From: Eledone cirrhosa
Taxonomy: Eukaryota
DNA length: 64,000 nucleotides
Assembly (NCBI GenBank): GCA_964016885.1
Contig: OZ024748.1
Span: 30,566,001-30,630,000, forward strand
Reading direction: 5' to 3'
The translations under genes were made by a program, and so were the position numbers. How positions within the stretch are numbered: the stretch's first letter is position 1; every line of letters starts with the position of its first letter. Under the pieces are notes generated by a model. It was not told the DNA's origin. It did no database searches and saw only the letters and a list, made by a program, of their open reading frames with translations. Positions 1-13,937 of this stretch are shown piece after piece.

Positions 1-145
1 GTTGTTGAATGAATTAAGCATCCATGATCTTCTGCTGTCAAGTGATGAATAAAGTTAAATCGAACCTAGCCTAGGGTGAGGGAGAGAGAGACGGAGAAAT
101 CATGGTGACTATCTTAGAGGGGCAGCATAGTGATGAGAAGATATA

Positions 146-247
146 CAGGGTGGCCCATAAATCACTAGATCAACCCTTTTTAATTGAAAAAATTAATTGT
201 AAAAAAGTCATATTTTAAAATGGTCTGGCAACTTTTGGTCCACTCTG
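146..247. mobile_element. Tc1/mariner-type MITE
   Basis: TA|CAGGGTGGCCC...GGTCCACTCTG|TA: imperfect terminal inverted repeats with TA flanks. Confidence 0.55.
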
Positions 248-942
248 TATAATCTGTGGTGATTTTCACTATTTATTTATATAATAATTTTCTGTTTATT
301 CCAGTTGTTATTTTCCAACACATCACCACACACTGTACAATGATTTTCTAATCATTACACCACTGATAACACATGATGGTGGAATGTTATTGTTAATATA
401 GCAGGACTAACAAAACCAATTTTATCAACAACACCATAGTTGGAAGATAATGTATCAAAAATATTTTTCATTAATATAGGCTGTTACTCATTTAAATCAT
501 TATTTTCATCTTTTAATAAAACATTAACAAATTTTACTTTGGAATAAATTATTTCAAAACATGGTAGGGAGCAATCTTTTCTCCCAAATCTTATTTCAAC
601 ATTATCATTCTTTCAGGTAGTATTTATTGTAAAAATATCTTTCAGTTTATCTAGGTATTTTTGATAGCCCTTCCCCAATTCCTAACAAAGTTAAACAGCT
701 GTGGCCAATATGTATATTTCTATAAACACATCCTTACTTTATTAAAAGTATTCAACTTCAAAGCTGATTATCTGTTCACCTCACTCAATGGACATTTGTC
801 CAGAGCATCAGTAATTCAAATTTATATATATATGTATATATACAGAGAGAGAAGGAACCATATACTGTATGTTCTCATAAGAGAATCACAAGTATCATAC
901 ATAATTGATATGTTATGATACCTTACATTAGTATATATATAT

Positions 943-1261
943 AGGAGAGAAGCTAGGCGACAAGTATACTTTGCAAAAAGGGAAGCAGAGGATAGAAAGT
1001 TTAAGCATATTCTACAACGTGAGGTGTTCAGGACTGCAAGATAATGTGTCAAGGAAAATTGTGATATTGTTAGGGAGAAGTGTGTCCATAATGATGATGG
1101 TATACTTGCCCTCACTGATACTGATAAGAAGCTAGCTTGGAAGTGTCACTACGAGAGACTACTAAATGAGGAGAATGAATGGGATAAAGATAGTCTGCCC
1201 CAAATTGACCAACAGAGGGACCTGCTGTGCAAGTTAATGGTAGTATAGTAAGTAAGGCAAT
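943..1261 (+). mobile_element. RTE LINE internal fragment
   Basis: Near-identical to 35577-35910; encodes REARRQVYFAKREAEDRKF, with stops. Confidence 0.8.
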
Positions 1262-1344
1262 CACTGACCACTCCCAGAGAAAAGCAAAAAGAATGAAAAA
1301 ACAAGAGAACTTAAGAATTTTTTTTTTACTTAAACTGTCTGCCC

Positions 1345-1542
1345 ATATATGGATTATATCCGTTGAGGAGTTCAGCTAGATTCCCGCCGCTTGAATACTG
1401 GCGCTTTAGTTCGGATCTAGCTGTCGAAACTTCCGGAGCTCAGCCGTCAGGGGTCCTGAAACTTTTCATATTACCCACTCTACTACCCCAAATATCGAGT
1501 TCTCTGGTGGGTTATGGTCTAGCTGATTTTTACCACACCCTA

Positions 1543-1548
<6 letters not shown>
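1345..1548 (+). mobile_element. Penelope-like pLTR-type fragment with degenerate hammerhead
   Basis: TTGAGGA, stem cagctagat/atctagctg, then GAAA. Its 3' part (attacccactctactaccc...) recurs at about 30890-30965, 41025-41100 and 44386-44780. Confidence 0.5.
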
Positions 1549-1601
<53 letters not shown>

Positions 1602-1607
<6 letters not shown>

Positions 1608-1842
1608 TGTAATAAACAACATAAGATAATTAATTCATTTACCAGTGGTTTCTTGAAGGCAGATATTTATGTCTTCTGTCGTCAGAATGAATAACATGGA
1701 ATGTTTATTAGCTGGTTTTTACCACACCCTATCTGATATACATATAGATAATTATTTAATAAACATTCCATGTTATTCATTCTGCCTTCAAGAAACCACT
1801 GGTAAATGAATTAATTATCTTATGTTGTTATTACATAACTAA
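1602..1842. repeat. Fold-back inverted repeat carrying a hammerhead
   Basis: About 1602-1709 is the reverse complement of about 1757-1842; the right arm has lost the CTGACGA core. Confidence 0.8.
1633..1692 (-). ncRNA. Type I hammerhead ribozyme
   Basis: Minus strand: attcatt-CTGACGA-stem II-GAAA-ccactgGTA-aatgaat. Stem I is 7 bp perfect; stem III is acca/tggt. Confidence 0.75.
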
Positions 1843-1967
1843 AAAGCTCTGTAGCCTACATAGAACACTCTCTTCTCCTGCACTCTCTTCCGACAGAAAC
1901 ACTTTATATATATATATATATATCAATATTTTTAAAAAATTGAAACTATATTTATAAAACCATATTT

Positions 1968-2024
1968 ATTCTATTATATATTTCAAGGGTACCAAAACTT
2001 TGGTACGCTCTCATCAAATAAAAT
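1968..2024 (-). ncRNA. Degenerate hammerhead (TTGATGA core)
   Basis: Minus strand: TTGATGA-gagcgtaccaaag/ttttggtaccctt-GAAA-tatata. Same family as 45193-45500. Confidence 0.5.
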
Positions 2025-2278
2025 ACAAAGTTTGTTTTATAAATATTGACATATCCATGAAGGAGATCTTAACGGTTCAAGTTTTTCCTGGATAGTCGAG
2101 TGCTTCGAATCAGTTATAAATATATATATTTGTTGAATTATCAACAAATTAAATATCCCTTTTGCTTATATATATATATATTAAAGAGTTAAACAAGATT
2201 CAATGAGTACATCAAAGAATGAGTTTTACAGTAGATTGGAAGCACTCTACTGTAAAAAATATTTTCCAGAGTTATTAA

Positions 2279-2499
2279 TATTAATTCAAATATTAACAAA
2301 ATAGATATTCTTGTGATCAATTAAATTTTATTATACATATTTCAGAGGTACTTGAATCAAGTTCAACAGTACGTCCTCATCAGATAAAATAAAATGATAC
2401 ATGACATATGATACATGTTGAACTTGATTCATGTACCTCTGAAATATGTATAATAAAATTTAATTGATCACAAGAATATCTATTTTGTTAATATTTGAA

Positions 2500-2503
<4 letters not shown>
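2279..2503. repeat. Fold-back inverted repeat
   Basis: Arms 2279-2368 and 2416-2503 are about 88 bp and near perfect; the right arm abuts (TA)n. Confidence 0.85.
2325..2390 (-). ncRNA. Type I hammerhead ribozyme
   Basis: Minus strand: attttat-CTGATGA-ggacgtac...gtacctct-GAAA-tatgtATA-ataaaat. Confidence 0.7.
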
Positions 2504-2556
<53 letters not shown>

Positions 2557-2814
2557 CAAGTAACGGCTGGCAAGTTTGTTGCAAACATTTTAAATGATTT
2601 ATTGGATTGTATGTATTTTAGAATTGAATAGACAGCTACCGTCACCACCCTTCCACCTCGCCAACACTACGACGATGACCACGACTATGAATACCCCACC
2701 CCTCCAACATTACATCAACGACGACGACAGAATCGAGCTACATATTGAGTCTCTACGTACTATTCTGGCATGCTAGAATGAGCAGTCAAATTTCCCGAAA
2801 ATAATACTTCACTG

Positions 2815-3025
2815 GATTAAAGAAAAATACTGAAATACTATTTTTTCCAGTTTGTGACGTTCGAGACGTTTGGTGGAGTTGGCCGCTGACAGCCAAGTTC
2901 TTATCATCGCTGGCGGCTCGCCTTACCGAGGTGTCAGGTGATGCACATGAGGGTGCTTGGTTGTTTCAGCACCTTAGTCTCGCCATCACCCACGATACGA
3001 TAATGCTGCATATTGGTTTGCTTCA
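2815..3025 (+). mobile_element. Degenerate C-terminus of an RLE-type (CRE-like) non-LTR retrotransposon
   Basis: With frameshifts reads EKY..FQFVTFETFGGVG.LTAKFLSSLAARLTEVSGDAHEGAWLFQHLSLAI..NAA, resembling the ET.G..G / LFQRLS.AI.RGNA motif. Confidence 0.55.
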
Positions 3026-3120
3026 AAAATTTCCAATGAACCTTGTGATGTGTGATCGATTGACGCACTTAGTGTTGAATTAATGTTTTTTTTTTTTTTT
3101 TCTCTCTCGCTTTCATTATG

Positions 3121-3304
3121 TGGATTGGCAGTATCGGTAGAGGGTCGGACGCCATGCTTTGCGGCACAGTTACGTCCCTTTACGGACTGAGTTCAAATCC
3201 CGCCGAGGTTAACTTTGCCTTTCATCCTTACGGGGTCGATAAAATAAAGTACCAATAATGTACTGGGTAATTGCTGGCCTTGTGCCAAAAGTAGAAACAA
3301 TTAT
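3121..3304 (+). mobile_element. tRNA-derived SINE with Deu/Nin-like central domain
   Basis: A box TGGCAGTATCGG, B box GAGTTCAAATCC, central GCCTTTCATCCTTACGGGGTCGATAAAATAAAGTACCA; more than 10 copies in the window. Confidence 0.85.
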
Positions 3305-3824
3305 ATATATTTGTGTTTTATATTTATAAGGTTACTAGCAATAATTGATTACATATATGTACTTCTAAAAAAAAGGAAAGGGTGCTATAATAAAAAAAAC
3401 CAAATGATCGGACGGTCACGGCTAGAATACCTTTTTGATTATAGATCTGCTTAGTCATAATTGACCTGGGGATTAACAACAGCACCAACAACTATATCTG
3501 AAATATCGAAAATATTATTTTCCACTTGAGAAGAATTGAAGATGAATGAAGAACTTATCCTGGTGACTGTTCTCTACATTACGGGGAAGTAACTCTTCTA
3601 AGACATTTTTTTGAGTTTGAGGTCGAGAAAAAAACCGAGTGTGTGTGAGTGTAAGTAAGAGAGAGGAAGAGTGTAGGTTAGAGTGAAATTATTGTTAGAT
3701 GACGTTCTGGCTGGATGCCTGTCCACGTTCCCTCTTCTATCCGTTCTTTAGTTTATTTTTAAAAAGTATACATTAATTACTGTGTTGGCTGGAGTAATGA
3801 TCGATACGTCAATCATTTTCGATA

Positions 3825-3840
3825 ATGAACCTCCGATCAG
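3825..3840 (+). CDS. Putative first coding exon of the P5B-ATPase gene (MNLRSG)
   Basis: ATGAACCTCCGATCAG|gtacga gives a phase-1 donor matching the phase of exon 41889 and lies in apparently unique sequence. It would imply a 38 kb intron; speculative. Confidence 0.3.
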
Positions 3841-4175
3841 GTACGATCCATAGTTTATTTAGTATTATTATTTTAATTTAATTTTATTATTATTATTTTT
3901 TTAGCCGGGACCTAGCCTTTTCCCCCAACCAACAGGGTTATGTTTAATGTACAGTGGTGGTGGTGGCGGTGGTAGGGGGAAAGATGGTTAAATGTCAGTT
4001 TGTTTTTCGTCTTCCTGGTTTGTCTTCGAAAGTTAGTTTTAACATACAAAGCATACATACATAAATGTGTGTGTAAATGAAATTATAAGTTAAAATGTTT
4101 TTAGTTGTTTCCCTACGATATATTAATGACGTTGTTGCTGTTACTCAAAAGTTATTTCATTATACCATGGCTAAT

Positions 4176-4238
<63 letters not shown>

Positions 4239-4411
4239 GCTTCCTGATGATTTCTCCCGAATGAAACTGTTCTCGTCTTGTAGAAGCCTTTTCTATATTA
4301 AATATATATATATATATATATATATAAATATATATACGTCTGTGTGTGTATAATTTTACCCCGCCTTATTACGACACATACTCACGCACTTTGATTCTGA
4401 GTAATAATAAC

Positions 4412-4530
4412 AATAATTGTTTCTACTTTTGGCACAAGGCCAGCAATTATCCTACTGTATTACTGGTACTTTATTTTATCGACCCAGTAAGGATGAAAGG
4501 TAAAGTTAACCTCGGCGTGATTTGAACTCG
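4412..4530 (-). mobile_element. SINE, 3' partial copy
   Basis: Reverse complement of the 3' half of 3121-3304. Confidence 0.75.
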
Positions 4531-5894
4531 AAAAATACCAACAAACATTTATGAGTTGGCAAAAGTCAAAGAAAGCCGAACTAAATGCTTTTTCTAGTCT
4601 TATTTATTAGTCAGCTTTAACGTGTGTTCCGCACCCTATTTATTTACAAAGGTTGTTCCTATGTTATGCCGGGTTTGATTGCATTACAGTTTAAATACTA
4701 CGTCTTTTTTAATTGTTTCTCTAAATAACACTAACACCCACAAACATTGTAAATATATATTATTCTTTTTCACATATATTTACGTTTCTTACAATTAATT
4801 AATTCTTATAATTAATTAATTTAAGAGATTGTTCATAAAGAGGATGATGATCATCATCGTTTTTACGGCAGATTTTCCATTCTGGCATGGGTTAGACGGG
4901 ACATTTTGAGGCAATGCTTCACAACTAAATGCCCTTCCTGATGCCTCCTTAAGACATACAGGAATAAGGTGGGTCTTGAGATACACACAGAGATAGCAGT
5001 TGAAATTATGTCCGGGACAATATTTTTCATTTTTAAATTCTGCTTTTCAACTCTTTATTACCGATAAACCAAATACTAGTAATACACTGTGATGTTGTAC
5101 AGCCTACTCTATATTAATTAGTGTACAGTCTTAATCTGAGTCAAAGGAGAATGGGTATTGTTTATTGGTTTGTCAAACTAATTTAGTCCGATTGGATTCA
5201 GAATAGTGAGCGATTTTTTTCTCAAAAGTTTTGGCTGGTATTACTAATGAATGGATCGAGCAACGATCGCCGGGAAGTGGTGTAATGTAGTTCGGTTTTA
5301 TAACCATTTTCTGCCAACTCACCACTCAGACTTTTTCTATATGGAGTATTCCTAATCACTACAACTACTTAGCTATAACTTCGATGGTTCCGAACCAACC
5401 AGGGATTCTATGCGTGTTAGAAACCACCGTCAAACTTCTCTCAAATCATCGAATTACTTACTATCTGAGATATCACTGTCCCAATAGGACATGTCTTTGA
5501 TTGTTACTCGGCTCTATCAAAGATGACCCGAAGCTAAACAATAACTCTGCATACCTTCACACATAAATACGCACCTTTTTTCTCCCCAATATTTTTTCTT
5601 ATTTTCCCCGTTCCTTCCTCACATCACTCTTTACATTCTATATATCTTCTAATTCTATCTTCTGATGAAGGACAAGTGTCCCAAACTTTTAAGACTCTCT
5701 ACCTATTTCAAGCGTTAAACTAATATATTTCTTCCATGTACTGTGCCGTTTTTGCTATTTGTTTACCTTTTACACACACACACACACACACCCATATATA
5801 TGTACACGTATATATATTGTAAATAGTCAGTGCCTGACGGCTGAGCTCCCTGCCGTTTCGACGGCGAGTAGATATATTCTGTATGCGAGTATAT

Positions 5895-6929
5895 ATATAT
5901 ATAAAGTTGTAGTTCCTGTCTGTTTGTTTGTTTGGTCACGAACTCCTCCTATGGTTTTGGTGATAGACCCCCATAACCATATACATTCTGAAACTACATC
6001 GTCTAGGGTACTTGGATAAGTATATTTCATTTTAATCAAAGGGTTCTCCGGGGTCACAAACCCCTGCTGAAAATGTTTTTCCCTTCGATTTATATGAAAT
6101 TTAAACCATAGGTAAATGACAAGATATGATGCCTATTCACAAAATTTCAGCAAATTTCAATAATATTAAGACACCCTAATAAATTAAATCCCCTATAGTG
6201 AAAATTTTGGCCAATAAATGGAACAAGATGTGTTGTAACAAGATTGCATGAGAACTTGATTGAAGCAACCGTTATATTCGGGGCTTACAAAGGTCAAGCT
6301 CTTCTCATTTCGAGGATTCCACTTATACCAAGTGATAGCGAGTTTACATTTAAGAGGCTGCAGTTAGTTCCCAGTGAGGCCATGCTTTGCATTAATAAGA
6401 GTCAGGGTCAATTTTCAAAACTATTGGTATAGATCTGACAAACCCATGTTTCAGTCATGGCATGTTTTATGTGGCTGTTTCAAGGACTGGGACTTCAAAA
6501 AATCTTTACATTTTAGCCAATCAAAGAAAGACAAGAAAAGTTGTTTACCCTGAAGTTCTTCATTAGGACAAAGTATGAAATATATTTTCATGTATTTATT
6601 ATGTTAAAAAATAAATAATTAAACTTTGAATTTCTAATCTGAAAATAATGCTTTACACAAAAATGAAATGAAGTTTTGAATTGATATTTTGAAAAAAATT
6701 ATTTACAAGAAACAAAATAAGAATAAGATTTAGTAATGTAATTTTGATTTGATATATTACAAAAAATAATGTTTTCCAATTTTTCATGCATTACATTTTA
6801 CATTGAGTAATATTGAAAGGCAAAGTTTTTCTCCATAAATTATATCACTGATTTAAAATCAATCATCATTTTCTTACAAAAAAAAAAAAAAATCTGTGAA
6901 ATGCAGTAAGGTGCGGGTAATTCGGCTAG
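5895..6929 (+). mobile_element. Defective Helitron with PIF1-helicase C-terminal remnant
   Basis: 6225-6565 reads NGTR..RIPLIPSD..FKRLQ..INKSQGQ..GIDL..FSHGMFYVAVSR..VVYPEVL. 5' end tatataaa..gtctgtttgtttg; 3' end CTAG|T at 6926-6930. Confidence 0.8.
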
Positions 6930-7512
<583 letters not shown>

Positions 7513-8100
7513 CTTGAATACTGTTGTCCACTGTGGTCTCCCCACACGAAACAAAGTATCATGAAACTTGAAGCTCCTCAAAGGGCAATCACGAAAAAGA
7601 TAGATGGCATGTCAGACCTTGACTACTGGGGTCGATTGGAAAACCTGAAACTTTACTCACTCCAACGTCGCCATGAGCGTTATATTATCTGCATGATGTG
7701 GAAAATGTTCCATCATCACTGCCCAAATGATGTTGGCATCGCCTTCAAGATACACCCAAGGCTTGGGCCCCGTGCTATCCGTCCCATTCAAAAATCTAAA
7801 TCGCAACTCATAACAACAATACGGCACAGTTATTTCACCTCAATCGGCCCTGCTCTCTTCAACATCACACCAGGACACGTCAAAACAGAAACTGACCACA
7901 CAAAATTCAAGAAGTCTTTGGACAAATTCCTCCAAGTAATCCCGGACAAACCACCCACACCCGGATATGTCTCCGCAAACAGTAATTCTCTTCTCGAATG
8001 GGCCATGGTGCCCAAATCCTGAATTGAAAGACTTCGCCAGGTGGTGCTATTAAGTTAGACATGGCCTGGGCCAATACTGGCCAAAACATTTCAAAGTTAT
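7513..8100 (+). mobile_element. 5'-truncated CR1-group LINE
   Basis: Near-identical to 18153-18720, including the 3' UTR; flanked by (TA)n on both sides. Confidence 0.9.
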
Positions 8101-8103
8101 ATA

Positions 8104-8185
<82 letters not shown>

Positions 8186-8186
8186 C

Positions 8187-8405
<219 letters not shown>

Positions 8406-8433
8406 AGAACAAAAGATGGTTAAAAGAGTTCCA

Positions 8434-8506
8434 TGTATTTTATTATGCGCATTTCAAAAACAAATATCATCATGCAATAATATTTGTGTTTTCATCAGAT
8501 AAAACA
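8434..8506 (-). ncRNA. Minimal type I hammerhead ribozyme
   Basis: Minus strand: gttttat-CTGATGA-aaacacaaatatt..gatatttgttttt-GAAA-tgcgcATA-ataaaat; palindromic stem III. Confidence 0.8.
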
Positions 8507-9825
8507 GGAGGACATGATATGAAGGTTAAAAAACACTTGTGGATAGTTCAGTTTTAAATCAACATATGAGAAGTAGTTTTAGATTGATGTGTGATATTGG
8601 GAAAAAATATTTTATTTAGAGGGGTGGGGTGGGGTGGGGTGGGTGGAAAGGATGAAAAAAAGGAGATGAGAGTGAAGGTGGAGAGGGAGGAGTATAATGA
8701 GGAAGGATGAGATAGGAGGAGAGATGGGTGATAGAGAGAGAGAGATAGCTTTTATAACTGAGAAAGATATATTGTTTTACATAGAGAGGTTGAAAACCGT
8801 TGGAAGATAATGTATAAATTAGAATCTTTAGAATCTTTTTCTCAAAGGCACATATATATACACTTCTTTTAAAAATATACCCATCTTTCTACCTTATTTC
8901 AAAGGTTATTATACATTCTATAATACTTGTTTACTCATTACTCTTACTCTATATCACCTTGTAAAAATCCTTCGTAAAACATATACATTTTTTTTGACGC
9001 TAGATTATTCATCCTCAATTCATTATTCTTTTCTCCCTATCATCTAACTCATTATTCTCAATACATATTAACATTTTCTTTTTCTTCGCACATATTATCA
9101 AACCTTAACTTTACATTATTTTTCTCTTCGTTAATTTTCAAATTCTATAATACTTGTTTACTCTTTCTATATCACCCATATTTATCACTTCCTTTTCTTC
9201 TCTTCTAATATCTAACCCCTAATCTGTACCTTTTCTCACTCTTGCCTAACATAGAATCAATTATTACATAATACAACACATTCTTACTCTATATCACCTT
9301 GTAAAAATCCTTCGTAAACATATACATTTTTTTTTACGTCAGATTATTCATCCTCAATTCATTATTCTTTTCTCCCTATCATCTAACTCATTATTCTCAA
9401 TACATATTAACTCTTTCTTTTTCTTCGCACATATTATCAAACCTTAACTTTACATTATTTTTCTCTTCGTTAATTTTCAAATTCTTTTAATTTATACATT
9501 ATCTTCCAACGGTTTTCAACCTCTCTATGTAAAACAATATATCTTTCTCAGTTATAAAAGCTATCTCTCTCTCTATCACCCATCTCTCCTCCTATCTCAT
9601 CCTTCCTCATTATACTCCTCCCTCTCCACCTTCACTCTCATCTCCTTTTTTTCATCCTTTCCACCCACCCCACCCCACCCCACCCCACCCCACCCCACCC
9701 CACCCCACCCCTCTAAATAAAATATTTTTTCCCAATATCACACATCAATCTAAAACTACTTCTCATATGTTGATTTAAAACTGAACTATCCACAAGTGTT
9801 TTTTAACCTTCATATCATGTCCTCC

Positions 9826-9898
9826 TGTTTTATCTGATGAAAACACAAATATTATTGCATGATGATATTTGTTTTTGAAATGTGCATAATAAAATACA
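9826..9898 (+). ncRNA. Minimal type I hammerhead ribozyme
   Basis: CTGATGA 9834-9840, GAAA 9877-9880, then tgtgcATA; stem I gttttat/ataaaat. Confidence 0.75.
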
Positions 9899-10022
9899 TG
9901 GAACTCTTTTAACCATCTTTTGTTCTTATATATTATGTATACTCCAGTCCTACAAATTGTAGAGTGCTTCTTATCCGATATCTGCATTGCTTTATTGTAC
10001 TACAATAAAACTCACCTCCTAC

Positions 10023-10053
<31 letters not shown>

Positions 10054-10808
10054 CTAGCTGAGGTACCCGGTAATACGTGGGAGCGGGAGTATTCCCAGTT
10101 TCCATTAAAATGCCCAATGTCTCTCAGACCAAAAATGAAATCAAAATATAGGATAGATAAGATAATCAAAAGCGAAGACAAATTCATTCACGAAACAATA
10201 ATACAAACAAATATTGTTGATTGCATTGGTCAGGCGAAAAGATGTTTGTCAGAGAAGTTGAGTGTTGCTATAATGAAAAAATAGAACCCCCGTTAGGGGG
10301 TTTCATTGCTGAAATTTGTGAATAGGCATCATATCTTGTCATTTATCTATGGTTTAAATTTCATATACATCGAAGGGAAAACATTTTCAGCGGGGTTTTG
10401 TGTGCCCGCGGAACCCTTTGATTAAAATGAAATATAATTATCCGAGTACCCTGGGCAACGTAGTTTCAGAATATATATGGTTATATTCTGTCTCCAAAAC
10501 CATAGGAGGAGTTTGTGAAATCTTGTTCCATTTATTGCCAAAATTTTCACTATAGGGTGTTTAACCACCATTAGGGTGTCTTATTATTATTGAAATTTGC
10601 AGAAATTTTGAGAATAGGCACCATATCTTGTCATTTATCTATGGTGTAAATTTCATATAAATTGAAGGGAAAAAATCCTTTGATTAAAATGAAATATACG
10701 TAAGAAATCAAATGGGCATGAGCCCCACACACGTGTCAAGTTTCATCAAGATCTGTTTGGTAGTTTTTGAGTTTTAGGTTCACAAACAAACAGACAGAAA
10801 TTGCCATT

Positions 10809-10812
<4 letters not shown>
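10054..10812 (-). mobile_element. Non-autonomous Helitron
   Basis: Minus-strand 3' end ..ccgggtacctcagCTAG|t; 5' end ..tctgtctgtttgtttg; interior is homologous to 5940-6230. Confidence 0.7.
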
Positions 10813-10879
<67 letters not shown>

Positions 10880-11013
10880 ATATATATATAACAGCTCACT
10901 GTTCACCTGCCAACTGTCAGAGCTAGTGAAAATGTTATTTTCTAAAATATACAATGACTGATCGGCTTCATCTGCATATTAGCAGACTGGCTGATCAGTC
11001 AGATCTGTGTATA

Positions 11014-11733
11014 TCATCATCATCATCATCATCATCGTTTAACGTCCATATTCCACACTCGCATGGGTTTGGACGGGAATTTTCCCACTTGAGGCAAGAG
11101 TGGTTGTCTTGCTCGCATAGGACTGTCTGGCGGGTTTTCTACGGCTGGATGCCCTTCCTAACACCAACTGTATTTACAGTGTGGAACTGGGAGGTTTTTA
11201 CCGTGTTACCTACACGACCACATTACAGCGCGGACTGTGTGTTTTTTGTCGTGACACCTACACGACCTCATTTGTTTCGGGCTGGATGTTGTGGTACCAA
11301 CATAACTTTGCATTGAAAGGGATGGTGTGGATGGGGTGGGGGAAGTGGGACGGGGGGTCTATTTTGTTAGAGGTGTCTACTGACTGTAGTAGGTTTCACT
11401 TTGCACTTAGGTAAGGCGGGTCTTCTCTATTACTGTGTAGCGCCAAAGATCTCGGTCCAGTGACATTGTCTTGGAGAGGTGTAAGTGTGTGAGGTCGGAA
11501 TTTATCAAGTCGTCCCAGGTTTTTCTGGGTCTGCCTACTCCGTGGCTACCGTCTATTTTTATTGCCCTGCACTTTGTTATACAGCTGTCGTCTTTCATGC
11601 GCATCACGTGACCATACCAACGTAGTCTTCTCTCGAGTAAACAACATCTGATCCCTCTTATTTCTAATTTCTCCCTTAGTTCGTTTATGCTTTGCCGTTC
11701 ACGTATATTACTATTACACACCCAGCAGAGCAT
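11014..11733 (-). mobile_element. RTE LINE 3' fragment (long 3' UTR subfamily)
   Basis: [28 protein letters not shown] followed by a 3' UTR ending in (TGA)n. Confidence 0.85.
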
Positions 11734-11734
11734 G

Positions 11735-11809
<75 letters not shown>

Positions 11810-12189
11810 TCTGCGAGAATCGTATTTCGGCTGGTAGAAAAAGCGAAACGAAACGCAAAATCGTATAAATGTTGGCACGCGCTCCAATAGTTAAGAAAAC
11901 TAGAGCTAAACATTAACACCTAAGCCAAAAACAAATCAAGCTAAACAGGTCAAACAAAATAAATGATATGCATAATTGCAAATGAATCGAATGTTATTAT
12001 TAATATTACAGTTATTGTATTCAGCCATGTAAAGCAAAATTGTTTTCTTTTTTTATTTGAATGTGTCAAAGCCGGCCATTTATTGCTGATATGCAAATCT
12101 GGCTGATCAGTGAATCTGTTAATATGCAGATCTGACTGATCAGCCAGTCTGCTAATATGCAGATGAGGCTATGAAGAGCGAAATCTTTT

Positions 12190-12575
12190 TAATGTTTATA
12201 TATATATCTTTATATATATATATATGTTTATATATATATATATAATGTTTATAAATATATATATGTTTATATATATATATATATATGTATGTATATATAT
12301 ATATGTTTATATATATATGTATGTATATATATGTTTATATATATATGTATGTATATATATATATGTTTATATATATATGTATGTATATATATATATATAT
12401 ATATATATGTTTATGTTTATATGTATGTATATATATATATATATATATATGTTTATGTTTATATATATGTATGTATATATATATATATATGTTTATATAT
12501 ATATGTATGTATATATATGTTTATATATATGTATATATATGTTTATATATATGTATATATATATTTATATATATG

Positions 12576-12606
<31 letters not shown>

Positions 12607-12721
12607 GTATATATATATACATATATATAAATATATATATACATATATATAAACATATATATACATACATATATATATAAACATATATATATATATATAT
12701 ATATACATATATATAAACATA

Positions 12722-12777
<56 letters not shown>

Positions 12778-12803
12778 CATATAAACATAAACATATATAT
12801 ATG

Positions 12804-12835
<32 letters not shown>

Positions 12836-12910
12836 AACATATATATGTATATATATATATATATGTATATATATATAAACATATATATATATATATATGT
12901 TTATATATAT
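12190..12910. repeat. Interrupted (TA)n microsatellite that switches orientation
   Basis: atgttt interruptions change to aaacat near 12620-12650. Confidence 0.85.
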
Positions 12911-13937
12911 ACCAGATAGAAAAATGCGTACAGCAAAAAAAAGTAATATTGTTGGAATATAAACCTTTAAAAATACAGGACAAGAAACTAAAATAAAACT
13001 TTAAAAGAATAGGACAAGAAACTAAGATAAAACTTTAAAGAATTGGACAAGAAATAAACATTTTTACAATAATATTAGTGGCAAAATTTTTATTGGTAAA
13101 AAATCAAGTTCCACATTCATAGGCTCTGGGTTCCACATTCAGAGGTCGTCGTCAGACCGTGGGGATCATTTGATCCTGGTTTGAACACCAATTGGGCCAC
13201 AACCATACCCCTATTTCATCATTCGGCGACACGCTTCATGTGTCATGCATAATGTGAATGGACCCATGGGCCCATGAGCACAGATCTTGAGCAGCAACGG
13301 ACGGTCTTGTCGTCCCGCTCATCCTTGATCTTGACCAACCCGTCCATCTTCTCCTTGCATCTTGTCCTTGAGTTCAAGTCCGGCAGTCCAGATGAATGCG
13401 TGCCACAGCTTTCTGGTACAGGAAGGGGGAGCAGGAGGACTGGAGGGATGACGAGACAGAGGGAGGGAGGACCGGTGGTTGAGGGAGGTGCCGTAGTCGG
13501 TGGTCAGAGTCGACATCTTGTCCCGGTCGTCTTCTCCATCTTCGTCTGGTGTTGCGGGACCAGAATTGCATTCTTGGAGGAGACCTGCAGCTGCATCGGC
13601 TAATTCTTCTTGCACTGGTCATTCTGACGGAGCAGAACTGCTCAGCCAACCAACCCCAACCAGAACCAACCGCTCAGAGGCAACGCACAATGAGAGCATG
13701 ACAATTATTATGCACTAATCAAGAAGATACTGGGGCATAGCACAGGAAACGAATAAAAAAATTTTGCCACTAATATTATTGTAAAATTTTTTATTTCTTG
13801 TCCAATTCTTTAAAGTTTTATCTTAGTTTCTTGTCCTATTCTTTTAAAGTTTTATTTTATTTTCTTGACCTGCATTTTTAAAGGTTTATATTCCAACAAT
13901 ATTACTTTTTTTTGCTGTACGCATTTTTCTATCTGGT
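12911..13937. mobile_element. 185-bp inverted repeats around a GC-rich decayed coding fragment with a PHD-like finger
   Basis: Arms 12911-13094 and 13752-13937 contain 35-bp subrepeats. Minus-strand core reads ..DDKTVRCCSRSVLMGPWVH.. and, after frameshifts, ..IGVW..PN.. Confidence 0.5.

Noticed and set aside
2594-2776. 60-aa ORF as a host exon
   Set aside because: Low-complexity (ACG/ACC) sequence with no recognisable homology or convincing splice pair.
3121-3205. tRNA gene
   Set aside because: A and B boxes belong to a multi-copy SINE head followed by a SINE body; no clean cloverleaf.
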